Source: a virus | Taxonomy: Duplodnaviria; Caudoviricetes | Direction: 5' to 3' (one strand) | IMG/VR virus record: IMGVR_UViG_3300025809_001850 | DNA length: 64,000 bases | In this document: piece by piece, positions 38,217 through 47,179 of the stretch | Layout: every line of letters starts with the position of its first letter | Numbering within the stretch: the stretch's first letter is position 1 | Notes under the pieces: generated by a model | Told to the model about the DNA's origin: nothing | Seen by the model: the letters and a program-made list of their open reading frames with translations, nothing else | The model's database searches: none | Translations under genes and position numbers: made by a program

Positions 38217-40754
38217 ATGACACAACCCACCACATCCTCGTATACAACCGATCTTACTGAATATATGCTTGGTGACTTGTTGACAGAAGCATCAACTATC
38301 ACAAAGGTAATCGGAATTTATCCAGGTAGATTTCAACCTGCTGGTGCTCACCACTATAAAACATACAAGTGGTTAGACAAACAATTTGATGAAGCTTGGG
38401 TTGCCACAAGCAACAAAACCGATTCTACAAAAAGTCCACTGAATTTCAAAGAAAAGAATATGATATGGAAAAAACACAAAGTAAAAAATGTTGTTCAGGT
38501 TAAAAATCCGTATGTATGTGCAGAGTTATTGGATAATTATGATCCAGAAACTACTGCGGTTGTTTATATATTTGGAGCAAAAGATGCAGGTAGACTTAAA
38601 ACTAAAAAGGTGGATGGCACTGCCGGTTATTATCAGTCATATGAAAAAAACAAAAACAACTTAGAACCATACGCCAAGCATGGATATTTTATTGTTGCTC
38701 CTCATGTAAGCATCAAGGTTCTCGGAAAAGAAGTAAACGGAACATACATCAGAGACCTTCTTGGTAGTCCAAAATACACCGACTCCCAACGGGTTGAAGC
38801 ATTTGAGGAACTCTTTGGTTGGTATGACGAAAAAATTTATGTGTATCTAAAAAAGAAATTCAGCACGTTATACGAAAACGAAGAACTATTTGAATCTTTC
38901 TTAAAAGAGTATCCTGGTTATGAAAAATCTATTCCGAAACTTTTAAATGAAGTTAGTTCAATTGCAAGATCGGGCATCCAACTTGTTGACGATGGTCCTG
39001 GTTCCTTTTTTCCAGGTGATGTTTATGAAAAAGACAGTGATGTCCGTGTAAAACAACTTGGTTATGACTTAGTCGATTATGTTGTTGGAAAAAACGACCT
39101 TGGTCGTAATATGGATTATCGTGAATGGGGAAAATATGCAGGACCGGTGCCTGCGGTAAGTTTTTATCCAGCAGGAGTTACAGACGAAACAACCGCAAAT
39201 AATCAAATTTCGATTGTTAAAAGTAAATCTGCTCATGATCAATGGGTTGAATTTATTAACGGTATTGCAGAAACTTCCGGATATAAACTCATTGACTTTG
39301 TCGGTTCGGAAGCATCCATCAGAAAAGATGATAAAACCGGTGAAGAGAATATAGACGGAAATACACTTGATATAGAAGACGAAGAAAAAGAAGATAAAAT
39401 TGATAAGGGTGTTGAGGGCCAAGCAATCAAAGAAAAAATTGAATCTATACTCAATGACTACACAGAACTTTTAATTGAAGGAGGTGCAGCTGGTCATATG
39501 AGTCATCCATTTGACGATAAGGATTTAACGTTTGCCGATTTAAAAGAAATGATTCGTAGGTCACTTGCAGGTGAACTTAATGTTGAAAAGGAAGTTACTG
39601 AAAAACTTGATGGTCAAAATTTGATGTTCTCTTGGAAAGATGGAAAGTTGGTCTCGGCGAGAAATCAAGGTCATTTGAAAAACGCAGGTGCGGCCGCACC
39701 TGATGTTACTCAGTTTGAAAACATTTTTGCGGATCGTCCTGAGAACATTCGTGATGCGTTCGTAACAGCAGTCAAAGATTTAGAATCTGCTATTTCAAGT
39801 TTAAGTGATGCACAAAAGAATAAAGTATTTAAAGAAGGTGAAAGATTTATGAACATAGAGGTGATGACACCTGCAACACAGAATGTTATTCCTCAAAATG
39901 TAGATATGTTGGTTTTCCACGGAACACAAGCATACGATTCCGCAGGAAAACCAGTTTCAGTAGACTCTGATGGAAACGACATAACAAGTGAATTAAAAGA
40001 TTCTGCTCGTATGCTAAGTGGTATGCTCAAGCAAATCAATGCGGATGTTCAAAGTCGTTATTCATTGAATGCACCAATTGTCGTGGAACTTCCTAAAAGT
40101 AAAACATTCGGAGATTCGTTTAAAAAGTATTCTGCGATGCTTGACAAACTCAAAAAAGAATTTAAATTAAAAGACAACGATAAAGTAATGAAGTATCACG
40201 ATTCTTGGTGGAGAAATCTTTTGAATAAACAACAAAGCAAATTAAAAGAAATATTTCCTGCAAAAGTATATGAAGCACTTATAGGTCGTTGGGCATACAA
40301 TGATAAATCAAATAAAATTACAACGATACGAATGGACTTATCTGAACAACCCAAGTTGAAAGATTGGGTAAACAAATTTGAAAAAGAAGATATCGTAAAA
40401 CAATTTGAAGCAAATATGTGGCCTTTCCAATTTATATTTTTGAAACTAGGAGCAGAAGTTCTTCAAAATGTAAAAGGATTTGTGGCAGCTGGTGGAAGTG
40501 ATGACATAGCAAAAGCACTCGATGCACATACCAAAACATTAGAAAACAAAAAAATTAATTCGGTGGAATCACCTGATAAGTTCAAAAAAGATATGGCCAA
40601 ACTACACAAAAATCTTGATCGTCTTACTGCAATTGGTGGAACGAAAGTAATCGCACCAAGTGAAGGAGTTGTATTTCAATATAAAGGTGGTACATATAAA
40701 CTCACCGGAACATTTGCTCCTATAAATCAAATTATGGGAATAATGAGGTTTTAG
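38217..40754 (+). CDS. Tri-modular protein: HIGH-superfamily nucleotidyltransferase + unknown VDDGP module + ligase-fold adenylyltransferase (DUF6267-like)
   Basis: IYPGRFQPAGAHH..SPLNFKEK; ligase-like motifs TEKLDGQN (I), NIEVM (III), SEGVVF (IV), YKLTG (V). Confidence 0.75.
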   Translation: MTQPTTSSYTTDLTEYMLGDLLTEASTITKVIGIYPGRFQPAGAHHYKTYKWLDKQFDEAWVATSNKTDSTKSPLNFKEKNMIWKKHKVKNVVQVKNPYVCAELLDNYDPETTAVVYIFGAKDAGRLKTKKVDGTAGYYQSYEKNKNNLEPYAKHGYFIVAPHVSIKVLGKEVNGTYIRDLLGSPKYTDSQRVEAFEELFGWYDEKIYVYLKKKFSTLYENEELFESFLKEYPGYEKSIPKLLNEVSSIARSGIQLVDDGPGSFFPGDVYEKDSDVRVKQLGYDLVDYVVGKNDLGRNMDYREWGKYAGPVPAVSFYPAGVTDETTANNQISIVKSKSAHDQWVEFINGIAETSGYKLIDFVGSEASIRKDDKTGEENIDGNTLDIEDEEKEDKIDKGVEGQAIKEKIESILNDYTELLIEGGAAGHMSHPFDDKDLTFADLKEMIRRSLAGELNVEKEVTEKLDGQNLMFSWKDGKLVSARNQGHLKNAGAAAPDVTQFENIFADRPENIRDAFVTAVKDLESAISSLSDAQKNKVFKEGERFMNIEVMTPATQNVIPQNVDMLVFHGTQAYDSAGKPVSVDSDGNDITSELKDSARMLSGMLKQINADVQSRYSLNAPIVVELPKSKTFGDSFKKYSAMLDKLKKEFKLKDNDKVMKYHDSWWRNLLNKQQSKLKEIFPAKVYEALIGRWAYNDKSNKITTIRMDLSEQPKLKDWVNKFEKEDIVKQFEANMWPFQFIFLKLGAEVLQNVKGFVAAGGSDDIAKALDAHTKTLENKKINSVESPDKFKKDMAKLHKNLDRLTAIGGTKVIAPSEGVVFQYKGGTYKLTGTFAPINQIMGIMRF

Positions 40755-40756
40755 AA

Positions 40757-41803
40757 ATGGAAGTTGATGAACGAAATTTATCTCGACAGGCCAGAAGAAA
40801 ACTCGCAATGGTTGCAAAACGAAGTGCAAAAAAACGACAAATAAAGAAAAAGATGTTTGCAAAGAGAATGAAGTCTCCTGCCAAGTTAAAAGCATCTTCT
40901 GAGAAAGCAGCCAAAAATCTTATAGTAAAGAAGATGCTTGGTGGAAAAAATTACTCTGATTTATCAATAGGTCAAAAAGAACTTATAGACAAAAAACTAT
41001 CTACCAAAAAAGGTTTAATAGCAAAGGTTGGTAAAAAACTTTTACCAAAGATTAAAAAAAAAGAAAAGGAACGACTTAAAAAGGTGAGAGCAAATAATCA
41101 AAACACAGAAGAATTATCCGAGGACACACATGGAGTTTTAACATTGAGTGTAAATGATTCACAACCAGAAGTATCTGCGAGATATGTAACTGGAAAACTA
41201 AAACCTTATGTATTTAAAACAAGAGAAGATGCAAAGCTACATTGTAAAAAAGTCGGTGGGAAACCGTTTGAATCAATTGACACGGGTCGGTTTTATGTAG
41301 AATTTACTAAACTTGATGGACCAGTAAATGAGAAGGTCGAATACAAGAACGCAAACGAAATAAAGAAACAATGGAAATTAGAATACCCAAGTGCCAAGTT
41401 TACTTTCAAAAAAGTTCGTGCAAAAGGAAACGAATTTTTGATGGTATTATCTCCAACGGGTGTTGAACTTGAGAAATATCAATTTGTACCAAAAACAGGA
41501 TGGACTGAAATGAACGAAAATAAAGATAACGAAGAAGATGTAAAAGAATTAAAAGCAATGCTTGATATTGCAAAACTGCTGAGTGATCAAAGTTCATACT
41601 TTAAAGGTCGTGGTAGTAAAAAAGAATATATCAAGATGCTCGTTCATAAAATAAGAAACTTATCAGAAGCAAAAAAGAAAAAGTTTATGTCTAAAATGGA
41701 TGCTTACGCACGGGTAAGAAAATCAACTATGCCTAAAAGCAGACCAATGAAAAGCAAAAAATCATACAACCGAGTAGATTTAAAAAAAGGTAAATACGAT
41801 TAA
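40757..41803 (+). CDS. Highly basic multi-module head-associated protein
   Basis: Lys/Arg-rich modules separated by LSE/VNE/MNE/LSE. Confidence 0.6.
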   Translation: MEVDERNLSRQARRKLAMVAKRSAKKRQIKKKMFAKRMKSPAKLKASSEKAAKNLIVKKMLGGKNYSDLSIGQKELIDKKLSTKKGLIAKVGKKLLPKIKKKEKERLKKVRANNQNTEELSEDTHGVLTLSVNDSQPEVSARYVTGKLKPYVFKTREDAKLHCKKVGGKPFESIDTGRFYVEFTKLDGPVNEKVEYKNANEIKKQWKLEYPSAKFTFKKVRAKGNEFLMVLSPTGVELEKYQFVPKTGWTEMNENKDNEEDVKELKAMLDIAKLLSDQSSYFKGRGSKKEYIKMLVHKIRNLSEAKKKKFMSKMDAYARVRKSTMPKSRPMKSKKSYNRVDLKKGKYD

Positions 41804-41820
41804 TTTCGTAGATGTAGTTA

Positions 41821-42234
41821 TTGGAACGACGTGTGATTAGGTTGAATGGCAATGTTTATTTAACGGAAGACGAAATTGATGACATCGTTCACACCACATT
41901 AAATCAATTTAGAACTTCTCATCGTGCAATACTTCCAAAAAAAATAACTTACCTTGATCGTGAATTTGTAGACGCATTGAAAGACGAAGCAAAACACGCA
42001 ATATTGAGTGTATATTATTTATATGGATACGGAGAAAAATACGCACCCGTTAAAAAAATTACAAAAGCAATTTCAGATAGATTTAAAGAAACAGATCAAT
42101 GTTGTGAAAAGCTGTATTTTATGCAATATGACTTAACAGACACTCAACGCAAAAAATATAGAACTCAGTATGAAAACTTCTTAATCAACACATTACTGGA
42201 AGAGTGTATACAAAAATTTAAAAAGTTATCATAA
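41821..42234 (+). CDS. Hypothetical protein
   Basis: ORF fills the gap; TTG start uncertain. Confidence 0.55.
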   Translation: MERRVIRLNGNVYLTEDEIDDIVHTTLNQFRTSHRAILPKKITYLDREFVDALKDEAKHAILSVYYLYGYGEKYAPVKKITKAISDRFKETDQCCEKLYFMQYDLTDTQRKKYRTQYENFLINTLLEECIQKFKKLS

Positions 42235-42237
42235 TAT

Positions 42238-42266
42238 TTGACAAAATACAAAAAGAATGGAATAAT
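42238..42266 (+). promoter_or_regulatory. sigma70-type promoter
   Basis: TTGACA 42238-42243, 17 nt, AATAAT 42261-42266; ATG 42273. Confidence 0.55.
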
Positions 42267-42272
42267 AAGGTT

Positions 42273-42899
42273 ATGGCTAAAATGGATAAAGACGATTTGA
42301 AATATGTGATCGGTCGATCACGTAAGTTGTTCAAAGGAGAAGAAATTCCCAAGGTACATGGATACGAAGGAGAAGTTGAAGAACTTGTTATTCGTCAACC
42401 CGGTGAAATCTGGACAGATAAAAACGGAAAAGAGTGGAAGCAAGTGGGTTCTAACTCAAAGGTAAGAACTGAAACTTTAATGGACAAAGTCAGAAAGACT
42501 CTACGGGAAGCACCCAAGTGTCCAAAGAAAATGTGTACTGTTGATCCAACCAAGAATTTAGATAAAAGAATGCTTGCTATGCGAGGTATGTGTTTTGATT
42601 GTGTTCAAGAGCATGAACAAAAACTAAAAGACGAAGGTAAGTATGAAGCATACGAAGCAAAGACAATGCTTGAAAATGAACTTAGTTTTTTGTCTGACAC
42701 CAAAAGTAAATTGGTTGAATCAAAAGAGCATATAACAAACGACCCTAAATTTCTGAATGAAGATGGTTCTCTTGAGCAATGGAACATTCCAAATAAAAAA
42801 GAACTTATGAAAGATTTGGAATCAGACTTGGAAGAGCTTGAAGCAAGACTTTCTGAAATTGAGGACAGGTTAACTGAGTATGCAGACATCAAGTTCTAA
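42273..42899 (+). CDS. Hypothetical Zn-binding coiled-coil protein upstream of terminase
   Basis: CPKKMC...MCFDC; C-terminal coiled coil. Confidence 0.7.
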   Translation: MAKMDKDDLKYVIGRSRKLFKGEEIPKVHGYEGEVEELVIRQPGEIWTDKNGKEWKQVGSNSKVRTETLMDKVRKTLREAPKCPKKMCTVDPTKNLDKRMLAMRGMCFDCVQEHEQKLKDEGKYEAYEAKTMLENELSFLSDTKSKLVESKEHITNDPKFLNEDGSLEQWNIPNKKELMKDLESDLEELEARLSEIEDRLTEYADIKF

Positions 42900-42952
42900 A
42901 AGTTTCAACGATACCTTGAAACTTTTTATATTATAGAAAACTAAATACATAT

Positions 42953-42960
42953 ATATTTAT
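42953..42960 (+). promoter_or_regulatory. Putative late promoter ATATTTAT
   Basis: 5 nt before terminase ATG 42966. Confidence 0.7.
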
Positions 42961-42965
42961 CCTTA

Positions 42966-44567
42966 ATGGCAGATGGACAAAAGATGCCCTTACGGGAAAT
43001 AATAAAACAAGAGTATACTGAGTGTTTGAAGTCACCTATATACTTTATGAAAAAGTATTGTAAGATTCAACATCCTACATTGGGAACTATACCGTTTCAT
43101 TTATATCCATTTCAAGAAAAAACTTTAGAAAGTTTTAAAAACGAGCAATTTAATATCGTTCTCAAAGCAAGGCAGATGGGAATTTCGACTCTTGTATCTG
43201 GATATGCGTTGTGGTTGATGACATTTTTCACAGACAAATCTATATTGTGCATTGCCATCAATCAAGAAACGGCAAAGAACATTGTTACCAAGGTAACTCA
43301 TATGGCAGATTTTCTACCTTCGTGGTTACGAAGTGAGTGTACCGAGAAGAATAAACTTAGTATGCGTTTTAAAAATGGAAGTAACATCCGTGCAGCTTCA
43401 AGTAGTGTTGACGCATCTCGTTCATCTTCATTGAGTTTACTTATCGTTGACGAGTGTGCGTTTATTACAAATATGGAAGAAATCTGGACTGCTTCACAAT
43501 CAACGATTACAACTGGTGGTCGTTCTATATTACTATCAACTCCAAATGGTATTGGTAACTTCTTTCACAAAACATGGGTTGGAACTCAAGATGCATCAAA
43601 TGAATTTAATCCTATTAATTTACATTGGTCATTGCATCCAGACAGAGATCAAACTTGGAGAGATTTACAAACTAAAAACTTAGGTGAAAAAGACGCTGCT
43701 CAAGAATGTGATTGTGACTTTATATCTAGTGGTAGGTCTGTTGTTGATGCTAGTTTACTGGATTGGTATAAAGACAATCTTGCCAGTGAACCTGTTGAAA
43801 AACGGGGAGCAAATAAAGAGTATTGGATATGGGAGTATCCAAATCATACAAAGGATTATGTAGTCGCAGCTGATGTTGCTCGTGGAGACGGCCGTGATAA
43901 AAGTGCATTTCATGTATTTGATGTGGAAAACGTAAAACAAGTGGCCGAATTTAAAGGAGAAGTCGAAACCAAAGACTTCGGAAATCTTCTTGTTGCAGTT
44001 GCAAGTGAATTCAATGGAGCATTGCTTGTAGTGGAAAATGCAAACATAGGTTGGGCGGTTTTACAGCAAATAATAGATAAAGGGTATAGCAACCTGTATT
44101 ACACTCAACGAGATTTTCAATATATAGATGAATTTACGCAACATACCAATAAATTAAATCGACAAGAGAAAAAGCAAGTTCCTGGTTTTACAACATCAAT
44201 AAAAACTCGTCCACTTATTATCAGTAAAATGGAAAGTTACATTCGTGAAAAAGAAGTTGAAATTAGATCAGAACGAACTCTTGACGAACTGTTTACATTT
44301 GTATGGAATGGTCAAAAGGCCGAAGCAATGCAAGGATACAACGATGACTTGGTTATGAGTTTGTGTATTGCTTTGTGGGTTCGTGATACTGCACTTAGAT
44401 TTCGTTCTGAAAACATTGAAACACAAAAATCTTTATTTGATTACATGGGAAGTACGACCAATATGAGCAGTGGAGCAAACTATAGACATTCTGGTTTAGC
44501 ATCAAATCCATATGAAATGAAAAATCAACATGGTCAAAGTGAAAATTTAGAATGGTTACTTGATTAA
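42966..44567 (+). CDS. terL: Terminase large subunit (T4 gp17-like)
   Basis: LHLYPFQ-like Q motif (HLYPFQ), VLKARQMGIST Walker A, LLIVDECAF Walker B, LLSTPNG, nuclease VAADVARG and DDLVMS. Confidence 0.96.
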   Translation: MADGQKMPLREIIKQEYTECLKSPIYFMKKYCKIQHPTLGTIPFHLYPFQEKTLESFKNEQFNIVLKARQMGISTLVSGYALWLMTFFTDKSILCIAINQETAKNIVTKVTHMADFLPSWLRSECTEKNKLSMRFKNGSNIRAASSSVDASRSSSLSLLIVDECAFITNMEEIWTASQSTITTGGRSILLSTPNGIGNFFHKTWVGTQDASNEFNPINLHWSLHPDRDQTWRDLQTKNLGEKDAAQECDCDFISSGRSVVDASLLDWYKDNLASEPVEKRGANKEYWIWEYPNHTKDYVVAADVARGDGRDKSAFHVFDVENVKQVAEFKGEVETKDFGNLLVAVASEFNGALLVVENANIGWAVLQQIIDKGYSNLYYTQRDFQYIDEFTQHTNKLNRQEKKQVPGFTTSIKTRPLIISKMESYIREKEVEIRSERTLDELFTFVWNGQKAEAMQGYNDDLVMSLCIALWVRDTALRFRSENIETQKSLFDYMGSTTNMSSGANYRHSGLASNPYEMKNQHGQSENLEWLLD

Positions 44568-44593
44568 TATATACTCAACCAGGATACCTCAAT

Positions 44594-45202
44594 ATGAAGA
44601 AAACGCCGATTATACTCACCCTCACGGGTCTATTATTACTAACAGGAGGTTGTGCAACACAATCGTTGCTACCTACTAGGGGAGTGTACACGGAGTCTTT
44701 GTATGATACATATAACGAAGTGGAGGTTGTTGTTAATGAGATTGTAGTGGGTAAGACATCATACTCCGATCTTGTTAAGATGGGACTTGATTTAGAAAAT
44801 ATACCAAATGTAAAACGTTTAACATATCTTGATGTTATGAGTAAGTTTAAATTGGATAGTCCATCTAGATTTACTTTGTTTAATAAAATAGAACTACCTG
44901 CGGGTGTATTAAAAATGCTTGCATCACGTGAAAACGGACTAGCATATGAAATAAATTTGGAAAGACTTAAAAACAAACGAGAAGGAAGTGTACTTTTAGA
45001 TATGCTCAATTTCAGAAAAATAGTTCACACGACTGGATGGAAAATCAGTGTACTGATTCTTATCGTAGATGATACGGTTGAATATGTTTTGTACTCAGGT
45101 GAAAAGAACATTGATCGTTTAGAAAAAGAGAAAAACCCACTTGGTCCTTTCCAAGGATTTGATGGTGGTGATATTATTGGAGCTGCAAGTGAGTTTCAGT
45201 AA
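44594..45202 (+). CDS. Putative lipoprotein (moron between terminase and portal)
   Basis: MKK + hydrophobic stretch + LTGG-C lipobox-like site; AGGA SD. Confidence 0.75.
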   Translation: MKKTPIILTLTGLLLLTGGCATQSLLPTRGVYTESLYDTYNEVEVVVNEIVVGKTSYSDLVKMGLDLENIPNVKRLTYLDVMSKFKLDSPSRFTLFNKIELPAGVLKMLASRENGLAYEINLERLKNKREGSVLLDMLNFRKIVHTTGWKISVLILIVDDTVEYVLYSGEKNIDRLEKEKNPLGPFQGFDGGDIIGAASEFQ

Positions 45203-45213
45203 TACATATAAGT

Positions 45214-45242
45214 TTGACATATACATATATATTTAATACAAT
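45214..45242 (+). promoter_or_regulatory. sigma70-type promoter upstream of portal
   Basis: TTGACA 45214-45219, 17 nt, TACAAT 45237-45242. Confidence 0.7.
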
Positions 45243-45264
45243 TATACACTTATAAACTTATATT

Positions 45265-47118
45265 ATGGCAGACGATCCAAAACAAAGCAAATTATTCGGA
45301 GCACTTAAAAAACTTTTTTCAAGTGGTGTCGTGGTTAGAAACATCGGTGGTAAAAAACTAAAAATCGCAGATACGGACAATTTACAATATTCCAAAAAAC
45401 GAGACGACAAGTACCAACGAATGCACACTTTGTATAGTGATTATGCAAATGGTTTCAATAATATTGGATTTCAATCTGCACGACTGGAATTGTTTAGTGA
45501 TTATGAAGTAATGGATACTGATCCAATTATATCAAGTGCCTTAGACATTTATGCGGATGAATCAACTACTAAAAGTGAGTTTGGTGAGATTCTTAAAATT
45601 TCAAGTCCTGATTCAAATGTTAAAGGTATCCTTGAAAATTTATTTTACGATATATTGAATGTTGAATTTAATTTATGGGGTTGGATTCGCAATATGTGTA
45701 AATACGGAGATTTTTATCTTCATTTAGAAATAGAACCTGATTATGGGGTGTTAAATGTTAAACCCATTTCAACTTATGAAATGACTCGTATAGAAGACAT
45801 GGATCCAGATAATCCTCAGTTGGTTATGTTCAAACAAGAAGGTCAGTATCGTGTAGACTATGAGAACTATGAAGTTGCACACTTTAGATTACTAGGAGAT
45901 ACAAATTATTTACCTTATGGAAAAAGTATGATAGAGGGTGGAAGACGAACATGGAAACAACTTCAGCTTATGGAGGATGCCATGCTCATTCATAGAATTA
46001 TGAGAGCACCTGAAAAACGAATGTTTTATATTGATATTGGTAACATTCCACCAAATGAAGTTGATAACTTTATGCAAAAGGTAATCAATAAAATGAAGAA
46101 AGTTCCGTTTGTTGATGAAAAAACAGGTGACTATAATCTCAAGTTCAATTTGCAAAACATGACCGAAGATTTCTTTTTACCTGTGCGTGGAGGAGATAGT
46201 GGTACACGAATTGAGAACTTAGGTGGAATGACTTACGATGGAACTGAAGATATCGAATATGTTAAAAACAAAATGATGGCTGCACTTAAAGTACCAAAAG
46301 CATTTTTAGGATACGATGAAAGCATAACAGGTAAAGCAACTCTGGCCGCAGAAGATATTAGGTTCGCACGAACAATTGAAAGATTACAAAGAATTACCGT
46401 AAGTGAACTTACTAAAATTGCTATAGTTCATCTTTATTCACAGGGATACACAGATGCCAAGTTGGTTGATTTTAGTTTAAAGTTGACTAATCCATCTACA
46501 ATTTTTGAAGAGGAACGGATACGAATTCTATCTGAAAAACTTAATACTGCCCGAGATATGGTAGACGCAAAAATGTTTTCTAAGGATTGGGTATATGATA
46601 AGATATTCGGTCTTTCTGAAGATGAAGTTAATGATATTCGGAGTAATTTTGTAGATGATGCTAAGGAATTTTTTAGATTAGAAAGTATACAAAACGAAGG
46701 AAATGATCCGGCTGATCCAACTCAATCTACCGATTCCGAAGAAGAAGGAGACGGTTGGGGTTTCGGTGATTTTGAAAATATGTCTTCTGAAGAAAAAGAA
46801 GAAGCAATAAAACAACGCAAAAAAGAGGAAAAGAAACGTAAGAATGCGGGAAAGGTATATGATCATCCTGACGACAAACCAATGGGAAGAGACCCACAAG
46901 GAGCAGATGAAAGACGAGTAAGTGGGCGTGATTGGGGAGATAGTCCATTGAAGTTGGAATCTGATTTAGCAAAACTAGACGAATTTTTGAAACAAAAACA
47001 ACAAGTTAATCCGGAAACAAAATCAAAAATAATATGTGAAGCAGAAGAAACGTCACACGAATCAAAAGCCGATCCAATCACCGACTATTTAGACGATAAA
47101 AATATAATTAAAAAATAA
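45265..47118 (+). CDS. gp20: Portal protein (T4 gp20-like)
   Basis: WKQLQLMEDAMLIHRIMRAPEKRMFYIDIGNIP, EDFFLPVRGG..GTRIENLGG, ALKVPKAFL. Confidence 0.96.
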   Translation: MADDPKQSKLFGALKKLFSSGVVVRNIGGKKLKIADTDNLQYSKKRDDKYQRMHTLYSDYANGFNNIGFQSARLELFSDYEVMDTDPIISSALDIYADESTTKSEFGEILKISSPDSNVKGILENLFYDILNVEFNLWGWIRNMCKYGDFYLHLEIEPDYGVLNVKPISTYEMTRIEDMDPDNPQLVMFKQEGQYRVDYENYEVAHFRLLGDTNYLPYGKSMIEGGRRTWKQLQLMEDAMLIHRIMRAPEKRMFYIDIGNIPPNEVDNFMQKVINKMKKVPFVDEKTGDYNLKFNLQNMTEDFFLPVRGGDSGTRIENLGGMTYDGTEDIEYVKNKMMAALKVPKAFLGYDESITGKATLAAEDIRFARTIERLQRITVSELTKIAIVHLYSQGYTDAKLVDFSLKLTNPSTIFEEERIRILSEKLNTARDMVDAKMFSKDWVYDKIFGLSEDEVNDIRSNFVDDAKEFFRLESIQNEGNDPADPTQSTDSEEEGDGWGFGDFENMSSEEKEEAIKQRKKEEKKRKNAGKVYDHPDDKPMGRDPQGADERRVSGRDWGDSPLKLESDLAKLDEFLKQKQQVNPETKSKIICEAEETSHESKADPITDYLDDKNIIKK

Positions 47119-47136
47119 TTAGTTAAAATCTATTTT

Positions 47137-47150
47137 ATATTTATATTTAT
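47137..47150 (+). promoter_or_regulatory. Tandem putative late promoters ATATTTAT
   Basis: Overlapping copies 47137-47144 and 47143-47150. Confidence 0.6.
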
Positions 47151-47179
47151 ACTCATATATATTACCACACCACAACGAT

